DNA from: Eledone cirrhosa
Taxonomy: Eukaryota
Assembly: GCA_964016885.1 (NCBI GenBank)
Contig: OZ024757.1
Location: 27,094,001 to 27,158,000, forward strand
DNA length: 64,000 nt
Direction of reading: 5' to 3'
The notes beneath the pieces were generated by a model that had not been told where the DNA came from, did no database searches, and worked only from the letters and a program-made list of their open reading frames with translations. Positions 1 to 13,110 of this stretch are shown in pieces. How positions within the stretch are numbered: the stretch's first letter is position 1; every line of letters begins with the position of its first letter. The position numbers were made by a program, and so were the translations under genes.

Positions 1-214
1 ACCCACCAAGGCGCTGTGCATCAATTAAGTTGGCCCACTTAATGTTTTGAAGTTCAAGTTAGTCATTGTGTTTACTGCGGTATATTTTCTTTTATATATT
101 AATTATCAGGAAGATAGGTAAACCCTTATTTGCTGTTGTGATGTTTATATGAAAGATCGTGTGTGTATATATATATAATTGGTGAATCAATAGTAACGAA
201 ACGTTACACACTAA

Positions 215-329
215 TAAAATATAATGTATGTTTATATATATATATATATTTAGACACACGCACACACATATATATACATTTACACACACATATACATACC
301 TACATTGATATATACGTGTGTGCATATGC

Positions 330-366
<37 letters not shown>

Positions 367-504
367 ACACATATATATATATATATACATGTGTATATGT
401 ATACGTGTATATGTATATAAATATATGTGCATATATGTATATATATATGTTTATATGTATATATATGTATATAAACACATATATACATATATATACACAC
501 ACAC

Positions 505-559
<55 letters not shown>

Positions 560-565
560 TGTGTC
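215..565. repeat. (TA)n/(CA)n/(TG)n compound microsatellite, one of many in the window
   Basis: Direct inspection; similar tracts at about 4720, 5100, 6000, 6270, 14320, 31520, 35040 and 61650. Confidence 0.95.
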
Positions 566-1170
566 TAACTAAGCATATATGAAAGATTGTGTTGATATAT
601 ATGTTATGTGTCATGTATCTGAAATTCTGGTTGTCACTCTAACATTCTGGTCCTACATCAGCATCTTTTCCTCTCCGTCCCCACCATAATACTTCTATCT
701 GTCATCATAGCTATAACTCATATTTGTGATAGAGTGTTGTATCCCACCTACTTGCCTGTCCAACCTTTTAACCCTTCTCTTTCGTCAGCTCACCTCCCTG
801 GCTTCTGGGACAGACGGACAGCAACCAAAGCAAATAAACATTAAAAAAACATCACCATCTTCTTCAGATTCCGAATTATTCCATATTTTATTGTGCTAGG
901 AAGGGCATCCAGCTGTAGAAGCCAAGCCAAAATCGGTCCTGTATGAGCATGACATGGTCACCTGACTATGATATTGCTCACAACAAGACATCTCGTCTAA
1001 CCCATGCCAGCATGGAAAAGTAGACGTCAAATGATGATGATGATGATTAATAAAGTAATATTATATTGCTATGTTTATAATATTTCATGTACAAACCATG
1101 TACTAGGTTATCAATATACAGGCATTCCTATGGCCAATCGGCCTTAAACTCTTCTTTTATGGCCTGGAGG

Positions 1171-1393
1171 CACTGCTAGATTCACCATTGTGCTTAGGTG
1201 TGCTTAAGCACAAGGCCTCGTTGGCCGGGGTGAGAGTGGGGTATCTTCCTGTCCCCAAAAATGTTTTCCCTCCTTCAGGATCCAAGTAAGGGGCCTCATA
1301 ACTTAACAAGCTTTTTTACCTCCTTCAGGCCCCAAGTAAGGAGCCTCATAACTTAACTAACATAGGGCCTCATTTGTCCTAAATCTGGTACTG
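1171..1393. mobile_element. Short MITE-like element with imperfect TIRs
   Basis: cactgctagattca ... taaatctggtactg are imperfect inverted ends; an internal ~60-bp duplication is present. Confidence 0.35.
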
Positions 1394-1394
1394 C

Positions 1395-1515
1395 CTGGAG
1401 GACTTTAATAAAAAGATGATGGTTGAGTACTGAGCATTGATGGACTCCTCCTGTACACTCAACTCATCACTGAACTCATTGCCAACTCTCACTTTGCTGA
1501 CGACATCTTTATATA
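1395..1515 (-). mobile_element. RTE LINE RT fragment
   Basis: Minus-strand translation YKDVVSKVRVGNEFSDELSV, typical of the region before the RT GVHQG motif. Confidence 0.55.
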
Positions 1516-3249
1516 TTAGTGTAGTTAATACAAAGCATTGTAAGATATATAATAAAAGGCTGATAAGTTTCAAAAAGCCAGTACAATGTGGTAAAAAAAT
1601 ACAAAGGTCAAATTATGACTAATAAAACAAAACAAAGTTTTACTCATGATATTTCAGGGTTATCACCCTCTTTTCAAATGTGGAGTTGAAACAATTCAAA
1701 ACAAAAATGAACGGTCAATGTGTTCTTCTTTATCAGGCCAGTTAAGGAAAAACACATTAACTTTGTGAAGATTATCAATCTTTATATATAGCTTGCACTT
1801 CTCTCTGTTAAAGTTTTTGACAGGGCTTTGCATGCTGGTCTTCTTCATAAGTTGAGAGGTTATGGTGCTGTTTCATCATCATCATCATCATTATCATTTT
1901 AACGTCTGCTTTCCCTGCTAGCAACAGTTGGACATGTCTACATAGACCTGGTCAGTACTGAAGCAGTGGCCTCTGATCCCCACTGACAGGCCAGTGATCT
2001 GTGTTTTGCTTATGTAATGTCAAACTTTCCACAGACTGCACAGGAAAGGTTACCATGCCTTTGACACAACTGAGGGCCTACCCAATCCCTTGTTTGGCAA
2101 GATTTCTATGACTGGATGTTCTTCCTATCACCCAACCACTTTACAGCATGTACTGGGTGTGTTTATCATGTAAATCACTAACATTAGAGAGGTTGTCATG
2201 TCCTTGACATAACTGAGGGATCCTCCCAACCCTTTGTTTGGTAAGCTTTCTATGGCTGGATGCCCTTCCTATCCTCAACCATTTTACAGTGTGAACTGGG
2301 TGTATTTATTGTGTATGTCACCAAACACATGTCTTTGACACAACTGAAGGGTCCTCCTAACCCTTTCTCTAACAGGCAGGTGTGTTTATCGTGTTCCTTG
2401 GGGCTCTATCTTTGGTCCTATACTGTTCTTAATTTTCATCAATCGTCTTCTCAATGACATATTTTCTCAGCTTCGTATCTCTGCTGATGACAACTTATTT
2501 TATTCTTGTCTTAATGGCAAGTCTAATGTGTTTGATGAAGATGAATTGGCAAGCTGATCTTGAATCTGACCTTTGACCTGTTGTTGAGTAGAGAGAAGTA
2601 GCTTCTTACATCTAATGCATCTAAGACTAAACATCTTACTTTTAATCACCATAGAGAACCATTTTTACCTTCCATTAGCATGGCTGATCATAACTTACAA
2701 GTGAACAACTCTTTAAACCTTCTTGCCTTAACCCTTTACCATTTATATTACTCTATATTTACTATTGTATTTTCACAGTAAAAGCTTTATCTCACATAAT
2801 ATCAAATCTACTAGATTTTGATGTTATTTATTTTGAGAACAATACCTTAACATCAATATGAGCAGCCAGTTAAGGCCAGTTTAAACAGAAAGAGGTAAGA
2901 GAATTCTGGCCAGATATGGCTGGATTACCTTCCTAATGCCAACCTCATTTACAGTGTGTGCTGGATGCTTTATGCTGTGACTTCTACATGACCACTTTAC
3001 GGTATGGGCTGGGTGCTTTTTGTCGCGACACTCCCATAAATATTACTGTTGTGCTCATAATGAAACAGACTCTTGACAGGCATTTCCTCCCAACCTCCGT
3101 CACATTTGACAACAATAGAAAACAAACAAAAAACTAATAAAGAAATAATAATAAAAAAAGCAAAAGCACGTGGGTATAGAGTAGAAAGTGTTGATGATAA
3201 CTGGTCCCGCCCTCAACCACAAAATATGTAAATATATATATATTTGATA

Positions 3250-3730
3250 AAATTAGCAGTTGGAGAAGATGCACTGAAAGTGTGAGAGCCAGGAACAGAA
3301 CAAGCTGGAAGAAGTTTAGAAAGCTGATACCTCTGCTCACATCAAAAGGCTTCTCACTCAGAGTGAAGGGTATGCTGTATGATGCCTGCATGTGAACTGC
3401 AATGCTACATGGCAGTGTAACATGGGCCTTAACTGCAGAAGAGCTGCGAAGGCTGGAGAGAAATGAAGTGAGTGTGCCCCAATGCATGTGTAATGTTAGT
3501 GTACAGGAGCAATGTAGCATGAGTGAACTGAGAGGAAAACTTGGCATGAGAGGAATTGGATGTAATGCGCAAAAGGAGAAGATTGCGTTGGTATGGACAT
3601 GTGATGCGTATGGAGAAAAGCAGCTGCATTGTCCATGCATCCCAGTGGCTGGAACCTGAAGGAAAGGCAGAACCAGGAAGACATGAAATAAGGTAGGGAA
3701 GAGTGACCTTAAGAAACTAAGCTTCACAAC
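3250..3730 (+). mobile_element. RTE-clade LINE ORF 3' fragment (decayed)
   Basis: WKKFRKLIPLLTSKGFSLRVKGMLYDAC..MLHGSVTWAL..LRRLERNE..RWYGHVMR-like motifs with stops and frameshifts. Confidence 0.85.
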
Positions 3731-4143
3731 TATCCCGTTACCTATCTCTCCACCATGACCCCCCCCCTCCCCTCTATCATCCACATCCCCTACACCAGTA
3801 CATTCCCCCTCTCTCCATATCCTAACCAGCTATATACATTGTATATATATATTTATATTACCCACCCTACTACCACAAGTATCAAGTACTCTGGTGAGTA
3901 ATGGTCTAACTGGTTTTTACCACCTCCATTCTGATATATATATATTAATATGTATATATATATATACAGTGTGTATATATATATAGAGATATTTATATAA
4001 ATATTGCGATTCTTTGCTTAAACTTTAATCTGTTATTTTAATAAATATTTGCTCTAGGGTTCTTATATATTTGATATATATTTATCCTTATCGAGCCCTC
4101 TTTGGATTTTAGTCTTCACATTTATTATTATTACTATATATAG

Positions 4144-4333
4144 GGCGGTGGATTGGCAGTATCGGTAGAGGGTCGGACGCCATGCTTTGACGCATAGAGT
4201 TACGGCCCTTGCCATTCTGAGTTCAAATCCTGCCAAGGTTAACTTTGCCTTTCATCCTTACGGGGTCGATAAAATAAAGTACCAGTAATGCACTGGGTAA
4301 TTGCTGGCCTTGTGCCAAAAGTAGAAACAATTA
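4144..4333 (+). mobile_element. tRNA-derived SINE family 1 (reference copy)
   Basis: A/B-box-like head (tggcagtatcggtag; gagttcaaatcc), central tttgcctttcatccttacggggtcgataaaataaagtaccag and tail gccttgtgccaaaagtagaaac; more than 15 copies in the window. Confidence 0.85.
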
Positions 4334-4548
4334 CTATATATAGAACAACGGAGAGACACAAAATAACAAATTAGTCACTGAGGAGGTCACATAATGTGTG
4401 ACTAAAGAACTTTGACAATAAATAAACAACCATTCAGTTATTAAACCAACCAACTGGAAATTTGTAATAAATTGAAGTGAAAACCATTAGGTGCACACGT
4501 TTTTATTGGCAGCGTAACCATCCTAAAGTATAACATTATGTATATATA

Positions 4549-4709
4549 CAGGGTGTCCCCCCAAAATGTATACACATTTATTAGAATGCTGTTGAAGTGT
4601 GTATACATATTTGGGTTACCTTGTATATATATATACAGGGTTTCCCCAAAAATGTATATACGTATTTAGAATGCTTTCGAAGTGTTATACACTTTTGAGG
4701 GACATCCTG
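4549..4709. mobile_element. Two tandem ~75-bp Tc1/mariner-type MITEs (4549-4623, 4636-4709)
   Basis: TA-flanked CAGGGTGTCCC...GGGACATCCTG-type TIRs; a third decayed copy near 4923-5000. Confidence 0.65.
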
Positions 4710-4711
4710 TA

Positions 4712-4821
<110 letters not shown>

Positions 4822-5096
4822 ACGAAGTTTCAATGTAAAATGTTTGTGAAATAAAAATATTTTACAACGAAACTTCATTATATCATACTTAATATATATA
4901 GATACACACACACATACATACACAGTTGATGCCCCCCCCCCCCCAAAAAAAAATGTATACACACTTCAACAGCATCCTAATAAATATGTGTATACATTAT
5001 ATATATATCCGCCGAGGTTAACTTTGCCTTTCATCCTTACGGGGTCGATAAAATAAAGTACCAGTAATACACTGGGCTTGTGCCAAAAGTAGAAAC

Positions 5097-5159
<63 letters not shown>

Positions 5160-5609
5160 GAGAGAGGGGGGAGGCTACACTCTTCTATAGCATCGAGTGC
5201 GCATATTGGTGCCACTTTCTGTAATCAACAAAATTATAACAAAACCCTGCTAAATTAAAGAATGTGTAATTTTCCAGCGTGTTGTATCGTATGGTGAGTG
5301 AGGGCTGTTCTATTTTCATGGAGCTACCTGTGACCATGCCCACTGCAACAGCTCACTCAAATCTTTAACCCTCCTACTACTGTTTTCAATGCTATGATAT
5401 TTTCGCCCCTCCCACAATTCCTTCATGCAGCACCATCAAGCGTAGCCTCTCTCTCTCATTAAAATTGTTTACGTTTTTTTTTACCCTCTCTACGGGCATG
5501 GCTGTTTTGTTAAGAAATGTGCTTAGCTATCACATGGCTTAGGGTCCAGTCCCTCGGACAAGTGCCTTTTAATTAAAGCCTTGTGAAATTTAGTAGATGT
5601 AAACTAAGT

Positions 5610-5649
<40 letters not shown>

Positions 5650-5652
<3 letters not shown>

Positions 5653-5940
5653 AAGAAAAAGAGATGAAATCGAAAATGCAACTGAAGTCTTATTTTTTTT
5701 AAAAATATATATATTTATTTGGTTCCTTTACCGGTTTCGCAGTTCTTCTGCTTTTTAAAAGGTGAGTTGAGATGGAGGGTCTGTGGTTTTTCTCACATCC
5801 CTCCACAGACCTTCCATCTCAACTCACCTTTTGAAAAGCAGAAAAACTGCGAAACCGGTAAAGGAACCAAATAAATATATATATTTTTTAAAAAAATAAG
5901 ACTTCAGTTGCATTTTCGATTTCATCTCTTTTTCTTTATA
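5650..5940. repeat. Foldback palindrome (arms ~137 bp, loop ~16 nt) of a Penelope-like pLTR fragment
   Basis: Arms are reverse complements with about 3 mismatches; contains a hammerhead-like fold followed by AATAAA; flanked by (TA)n. Confidence 0.85.
5827..5864 (+). ncRNA. Minimal hammerhead ribozyme-like motif (U3-A8 variant)
   Basis: CCUU-UUGAAAA-GCAG(AAAAA)CUGC-GAAA-CCGG-UA-AAGG gives helix I, core, helix II, GAAA, palindromic helix III and a GUA triplet. Confidence 0.55.
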
Positions 5941-5995
5941 CTTTCACTCGTGTAGGACACCTCGGTTAATTTTCATTTTGTAAAAAAAACCTCAC

Positions 5996-6040
<45 letters not shown>

Positions 6041-6047
<7 letters not shown>

Positions 6048-6264
6048 TAAAATAACAGATTAAAGTTTAAGCAAAGAATCGTTGCTTTCACCCTTAACGG
6101 GATCTTCTTCAGAAGATCCCGTTAAGGGTGAAAGCAACGATTCTTTGCTTAAACTTTAATCTGTTATTTTAATAAATATTTGCTCTACGGTTCTTATATA
6201 TTTGATATATATATGTATCCTTATCGAACCCTCTTTGTATTTTAGTCTTCAAATTTATTATTAT

Positions 6265-6316
<52 letters not shown>

Positions 6317-6445
6317 ATAATAATAGATTTGAAGACTAAAATCCAAAGAGGGTTCGATAAGGATAAATGAGTTTCAGAAGATCCCGTTAAGGGTGAAAGC
6401 AGCGATTCTTTACTTAAACTTTAATCTGTTATTTTAATAAATATA
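6041..6445. repeat. Compound palindromes of a TA-associated dispersed repeat
   Basis: Perfect ~68-bp arms around a 2-nt loop at 6109-6110; second inversion 6216-6364 centred on (TA)n; same family at 4006-4140, 16160-16210, 31935-32018 and 34445-34500. Confidence 0.85.
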
Positions 6446-6829
6446 TATATATATCGCTCTGATAGATCGACAAGATCCCAGACCTCATTCGTTTGCCAAT
6501 TGGGGCGGACCTCGTCAAATCAGACCAATATGTGTGTGTGTTATTTTCATTCTAACATCTAAACTGTTAAAGTTTAACCGTAGGGTTAAACTATGCGTGT
6601 ATGTGTGTGTTCCTTGCATTAGTGGTCGTACAAATAAAGACCAATAAAATAGGTACCCGACTTGAAAAATAAGTACTAGGGGTCGTTATGATCGACTAAA
6701 TCCCTTCAAGAGGGTGTCACAGCATGACCGCAGTCTAATGACTGAAACCAATAAAGGAATATATTGAAACGCTCAACTCAAGCATCGCCAAACACGTTTT
6801 TTGCATGCAGAGCTGCAAGCTAGCGTCCC

Positions 6830-6952
6830 TGACATATGCGCATCCGCAATCTAATCTCTATCCGTACGTGCTTCCATAGTAAAGAGGGTACCACCTCCAC
6901 CATTAACACTGCATGGGACGTCACATCCGGTGCGATTTGTAACATCAACACA
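6830..6952 (+). promoter_or_regulatory. Probable proximal promoter / 5'UTR with ETS-CRE composite-like motif
   Basis: acgtcacatccgg at 6918-6930 (reverse complement CCGGATGTGACGT); tgcgca palindrome near 6837; locally CpG-richer than surroundings; just upstream of the ATG. Confidence 0.5.
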
Positions 6953-6998
6953 ATGTCATCACTTGGTCTCTTAACCGGACGGCTAGCCCTGGTCACAG
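6953..6998 (+). CDS. HSD17B8: HSD17B8-like exon 1 (MSSLGLLTGRLALVTG)
   Basis: ATG at 6953; phase-1 donor CAG|gtgaag at 6999. Confidence 0.85.
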
Positions 6999-9900
6999 GT
7001 GAAGTTATATTAACCCTCTTAACATCAATTTATATTGAATTTAGTCGCGTTTTATGTCGTGTAAACACAATCTCATCGAACTAAAATATGTTTTTAGATG
7101 TTCGTAAAGTCTTCGATCTCCCTTTTCATATTTTTGTTTGTTTTCCTTTCTTTTTAACCAGAATTTCAGCGTGGTTCTATGAAGCGTATCGGCCTGTGTT
7201 AAAAAGTTCCCAACCATTTAAATTAATAAAATTCCAACATAATTTGATATAAGCACTTATATGTTACAAATACTATCTTAATATTGAAATAATTAATACA
7301 GTTACTGTAACGAAAAACTTTACGACCTTAATATTTATTTTCGCTTAACATTGGACTTTGATCCGGCTATTTGACATTGCTGTGATAACTGTTTTTACCC
7401 TTTCGTTACCATACTTCTAATGAAAGTCACTGCGTATAATGTTCAAATAATTTTGAAAAATAACCAAGGATTTGGAGGGATTTTTTAAAAAATACTTATA
7501 AATATACATAAAAGAAGCACTAAAAACTGGCATATATTTTATAAGTGTTTGGACTCCTGGTGCTTGATGGTGTCGAAGATGCACTGTCGTGAAATATGGA
7601 CAACTTAAACCTGGCGGAGCCCACCCCTATCTTTGGATCTGAACACAGCTAATTTCTTCCAGAAAAGGACAGAGAATTATATATAGAGAGGAACAATTGA
7701 CTATGGTACTGGACTGGTGTTTTTTTACCGATCTTAACGGATGAAAGGCAAAGTTGACCTCAATGGCATTTCAACTCAGAGATGGCAACGAATAGCGCAA
7801 ATCATTCTATCAGAAGTTCTAACAACCCTACAAATTCGCCTCCTAATTATTTCATTATTAAGATACTAACTTAAAATACGGTTCTTAGTTAAAATAATGT
7901 TGGAAGATTTTGATTTAAAATGAGGGTGTTTTTTTTATCTCGTAGAACCCCTGAGGTGGTTTTGCGAGGGTTGGTATTAAAAAGTATTAACGGACTGGTG
8001 CCCCTTACCTAAGATCTCTTAGATGCAACCTCATGGGAGGCTGATTAAACTGATGCAGGTGTGAGCTATAACAACAAATCGTTAACTATCGCTTTAGTAG
8101 TATGTTGTGTGACTTCACCACAGCAACAATGGGAGACGGTGTTAGTTAAAAATACCACCTAACTCTACCTTTTAAATAATCAATGAGAAAATGGTGATTT
8201 CAAGTCGTGTAATCTTTATAAGTTAGGTCACAGCCTAATCTTTCAACTTAATACCGTGTCTAATCTGCAACAACTTTATATTTCTCCTGCTGTCTTTGAT
8301 AAACACGTTTTTATACTTGTCTTCTTAGTAAAGTAATCTTGGATTTTCTTTAAATTGTTGCTGCTGTTGTTGTCGTAGTAGTGGAAGTGGTCTTCTTCTT
8401 CTTCTTCTTCTTCTTCTCAATGTATTACTCTCACACACGTACACATGTGTATGATATACATCATCATCACTGTTTAACTTCCATTTTTCCACGCTAGCAT
8501 GGGTTAGACGAGTTGTCCTGTTGTGAATCAAGTCAGGTCAGATGACAGTGTCTTGCTGACACAGAACTGTTTCTGGTTTGGTTTCTACAGCTGGATGCCC
8601 TTCCTAACACCAAAAGCATTTACAGTGAGTGCTGGGTGCTTTTTGTTGTGTCACCAATATAACCACTTTACGTATATATATTACAGTTATCATTATAATC
8701 ACGCTCAGAGTTGCTGAAGCATGGAACAAACTACCTGCATCAGTTGTTAGCTGCTGGGACACTGCATCCTTTAAAACCTCCATGATTCCTGAAATTCGCC
8801 AACACTACACCTGATACCCCCCTCCATACACACACTTGTATATCATGACTCATACACTGTTCACTTTCATTTGTACATTATTCTATGTACTATACATGCA
8901 GCTTTGAAGAGTTGTAGTGCAACTGAGCACTGTACACAATAATTTCATTATATTATATTATATTATATTATATATACATACTAGCAGAGGTACCCGGCGT
9001 TGCTTGGGTATTAAATAGCAGTTGTGTATAACATTTATGTCAATACTTCAGTGCTGCTTCGAAAACTATACTTTTACAAAATCATCGGCTTTTTCCAAAA
9101 GGGGGTTCCTGCCCCCAGGGGTCCCCTACTCAATATGTGCCAATTCTGAGAGTTCACATTCATCTGTAGGACAAACGTAGCCTATGTGTCAAGTTTTGTG
9201 AAAATCGGTTGCGAACTCCAGAAGTTATGACGTTTTGTTGCATTGCACTGCAGTTCTTCAGTCGACTCCAAGGAAGTGGTTAAAGGGGGTTATCTGCCAG
9301 GAGGCCCTATAATCAATATCTGGAAAAATTAAAGTGCCCATGACCATCCGGAGTATGTCTTAAGTTTGGTGAAAATATTGTAGAAATGCATAAGGTTTAT
9401 GTGCGTGTGGGTGTGTATGTATTTGTGTGTGCGTATGTATGTGTATGTCCATCGGGGCATATGTATGTACTGGCCTAAATCTTCACTATTTACTTTTACA
9501 ATTTTAATAACCTCTGTCATTTTCGTTTTCAATTTTATTTACATCATTTTTAAACTCCGGGGCTGGAAATCATTCTGTTATTTTAAATAGAGTATTAGTC
9601 TAACGACTCCATTTATACCATAAACTTGGTCTTGTCTTTGCATGAAATTGTTCTTCTCGCTCCACATAACAACGTATTATCCTCGCCTTTTTCCCGTTCA
9701 TTGCCAGGGAACGTCTTCACGAACCAAAATATCGTCTTCCTGTTTTCGTTCGGTTGGAACGTTTCTCAAAATATTTACTTCTGTGTTCACAGATTACTCT
9801 CAGTTCAATTTGAATGGGAAATTCCTGTTTCATCGAATTTCTCCGTAACCATGGAAGCTTGTAGCTTGAAAGTCGACCCAACGCCTCCTCGGGTCATTCT

Positions 9901-12900
9901 GCATAACTGTGTAAATTTTTGCTGCCTTCCACCAAGCCGTTTCGACGTTTATCCGACTACACCTACTTACTTAAATATACAACTTCCAATTTATATAGTA
10001 GATATTATGTTTATTGTATACTAGCAGTGGTACCCGGCGTTACACGGGATAAGGTATTTTGGAATGCGGGCTGCCAACAGACCTAATCGTGGAAAAACTG
10101 CATGCCTAGATGAGCTTATTATATGTTTTCATACACACATATCTAGGGCGGGTAAAATTCTCGAGATCCATGGACGAGTTCTCCCCAGCGGTCTCTGTCC
10201 CTCATCATCGCTGCCATGTCCTGCATCTTCAAGAGACCAGTGTCTGTCCTTAGGGCATCAACATATGTCAACCTCTTGCAGTGTGTCCATGCAGGGGCTC
10301 CCACAGGAGCATTGAGTGTAGTGTCAACTCTGGATGTCGGTGAGCATGTCCAGCTAACCTCAGTCTCCTCTGTGTTACTTTTGAGCTGATTTTTATATAT
10401 ATGTGAGTTAGTGTATTTATATAAATACACACACAATGGACTAAAAGTCAGGAAGAGGTCAAGATGTAATGTGATCTGGCTTGTCTAACCTATGCTTGCT
10501 TGGAAAAATGGATGTTAAATGATGATGATGATATCTATCTATCATCTATCTATCTATGATAATTGTAACTCTCATAACATATATTGCATATGTTTTTAAT
10601 TACATAGTCATTGCCCTTCCTTTTTTAAAGTATGAATATTAACTTGAACATATATATATCCATGCCGAGGTAAACATATATGTTTTGTGCTTGTTTAATT
10701 AACTGCAGTGTTGTTCAATTGTAGTCAGGTTGAATTTTAAATAATTTATGTTCTAATTCAGTGAATTTCAATAAGTTTCTCCACTTACTGAAGCAAGCTG
10801 GCGCCATTTCGCTGTCTAGTCATGACTCTGACTGGCACACAAGCACATACACACACACAAACGCACTCTGTTGTCGGTGCCACAGTTACAGCCACATGAC
10901 AATATTCTACATACACTTAGTGATCCTCTCATCACTACCTTCTGCAAGTAGGGTGAAGTCTGTCTTTCACTGATGAGGTTTAATTAACATGAAACATATC
11001 CTGGGTCGTCTCCCCTACTTGTTGAAATAGTTAAAATGAGTGTATCCCTGTGTCGTAAGAAGCGATTAAAAAGGTTAATGTTAAGAAAAACATTTAGCTG
11101 TAACACATTACTTCAAAAATTCCTATCCAACTCATACCAGCATGGAAAAATTGATCCCAAAATGATGATAATGATGATGATTAAGCTATTTCTATTTGGA
11201 TTTTTTTTGTTCACCACATTAACTATCATCATCATCATTATCAATGTTTTACTTCCATTTCTTCCACGCTAGCGTGGGTTAGACAAGTTGTCCTGTCATG
11301 GGCAATGCTAGGTCAGGTGACTATGCTTTGCTCATACAGAACTGATTTGGGCTTGGTCTCTATGGCTAGATGCCCTTCCTAACACCGACTTCATTTACAG
11401 TGAGTACTGGGTGCTTTTTGTCATGACACCTCCATGACCATTTTACAGTGATTACTGGGTACTTTTTGTCATGACACCTCCATGACCATTTTACAGTGAT
11501 TACTGGGTACTTTTTGTCATGATTCCTCCATGACCATTTTACAGTGTGGACTGGGGGCTTTTTGTCATGACACCTACACAACCACTATTGTTTTTCATGC
11601 AGATGTTGTCACTGAGTAATTAGCATCAGTGATTTATTGTTTTAACTCTTAACATTTTGTAGGAATTCAACAGAAAATGTCTAAAAACATGTTTATTTAT
11701 TCAAATATTTATATCTTTATTAGTGGATAAATTTGTAGTAAGTTAAATCTAAGGAACAAAATTTGTTTTCGCTCTTAACATGGTGGATACTTAGATGTAT
11801 TTGTGAGTGAATGATAATAATAATTGTTTCCTTTTTTGGCACAAGTCCAGCAATTACCCCAGTATTCAGCTGGTACTTTATTTTATCAACCTCGTAAAAA
11901 TGAAAGGCAAAGTTAACCGTGGCGGGATTTGTACTCAGACCGCAAAGGGCCGTAACTCTATGCTGCAAAGTATGGCGTCCGACCATCTACCGATTCTGCC
12001 AATCCACTAAATAATAATTGTTCCTACTATAGGCACAAGGCCAGCAATTTGAAGGGGGCGGGGTAAGTCAATTAAATCGACTCCTGTGCATTACTGGTGC
12101 TTTATTTTATCGGTTAACCTCAGCGGGATTTGGACTCAGACCATAAAGGGCCATAACTTTATGCTGCAAAGCATGGTGTCTGACGCTCCACCGATACTGC
12201 CAATAATAATAATTGTTTCTATTTTTGGCACAAGGCCAGCAATTCACCAGTACATTACTGGTACTTTATTTTATCGACCCCGTAAGGATGAAAGGCAAAG
12301 TTAACCTCGGCGGAATTTGAACTCAGATCATAAAGGGACGTAACTCTATGCTTCAAAGCATGGTGTCCGACTCTCTACCGATACTGCCAATAATACATTG
12401 GCACAAGGGGAAGAGGAAAGTCAACCAAATTGGTTCCAGTTAGTTACTTGTACATTATTTTAGCAACTCTGTAAAGATGAAATGCAAAGCGGGATTTGAA
12501 CTCAGAACAAAACATAATGGTTTCTAATTTAAAGCACAAGGCCTGCAATTTGGGAGATGGAGGAGAAATAGATTATGTTGACCTTAGTGTTCAGCTGGTA
12601 CTTTATTTTATCAACCTAGGAAGGATGAAAGCTAAAGTTAACCTCTGTGGGATTTGAACTCAAGAGGTAAAGAGCTGTAACTAAATAGCACGCGGCATTT
12701 CGTTTGATGCTCTACCAGTTCTGCCAATTCATTACCCTATAGTAATAACAATGATAATAATTTCCTTGGTTTCAGACAATAGTATTTACACCTCACCACC
12801 AAAAACTTCTAGATATAAATACATAACATTCTTTCTTGTAATTCTGTTTTTATATCTTTGCATCTCTCACCCTTGTAGACCAGCGTTCATTGTCTACTGA

Positions 12901-13062
12901 TATATATATATATATATATATGTGTGTATGTGTGTGTGTTTATATATATATATGGTAGCAAATGTGTTTGGAATATATATATATATGTATTATAATATAT
13001 AGTAAGCAAGCTAGCAGGCCAAGCAAAATGGAGAGGGGCTTCTGTTGGTATTTTATCAAATT

Positions 13063-13110
<48 letters not shown>

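Noticed and set aside
92-614. ORFs rich in YI/CV/HT dipeptides (also at 4581, 12887, 14127, 61517)
   Set aside because: Translations of (TA)n/(CA)n microsatellites, not genes
6836-7084. 82-aa ORF as an extended N-terminus of the SDR
   Set aside because: An upstream in-frame ATG at 6836 exists, but the extension spans promoter-like motifs and has no family similarity; ATG 6953 gives the expected length. Not fully excluded without TSS data
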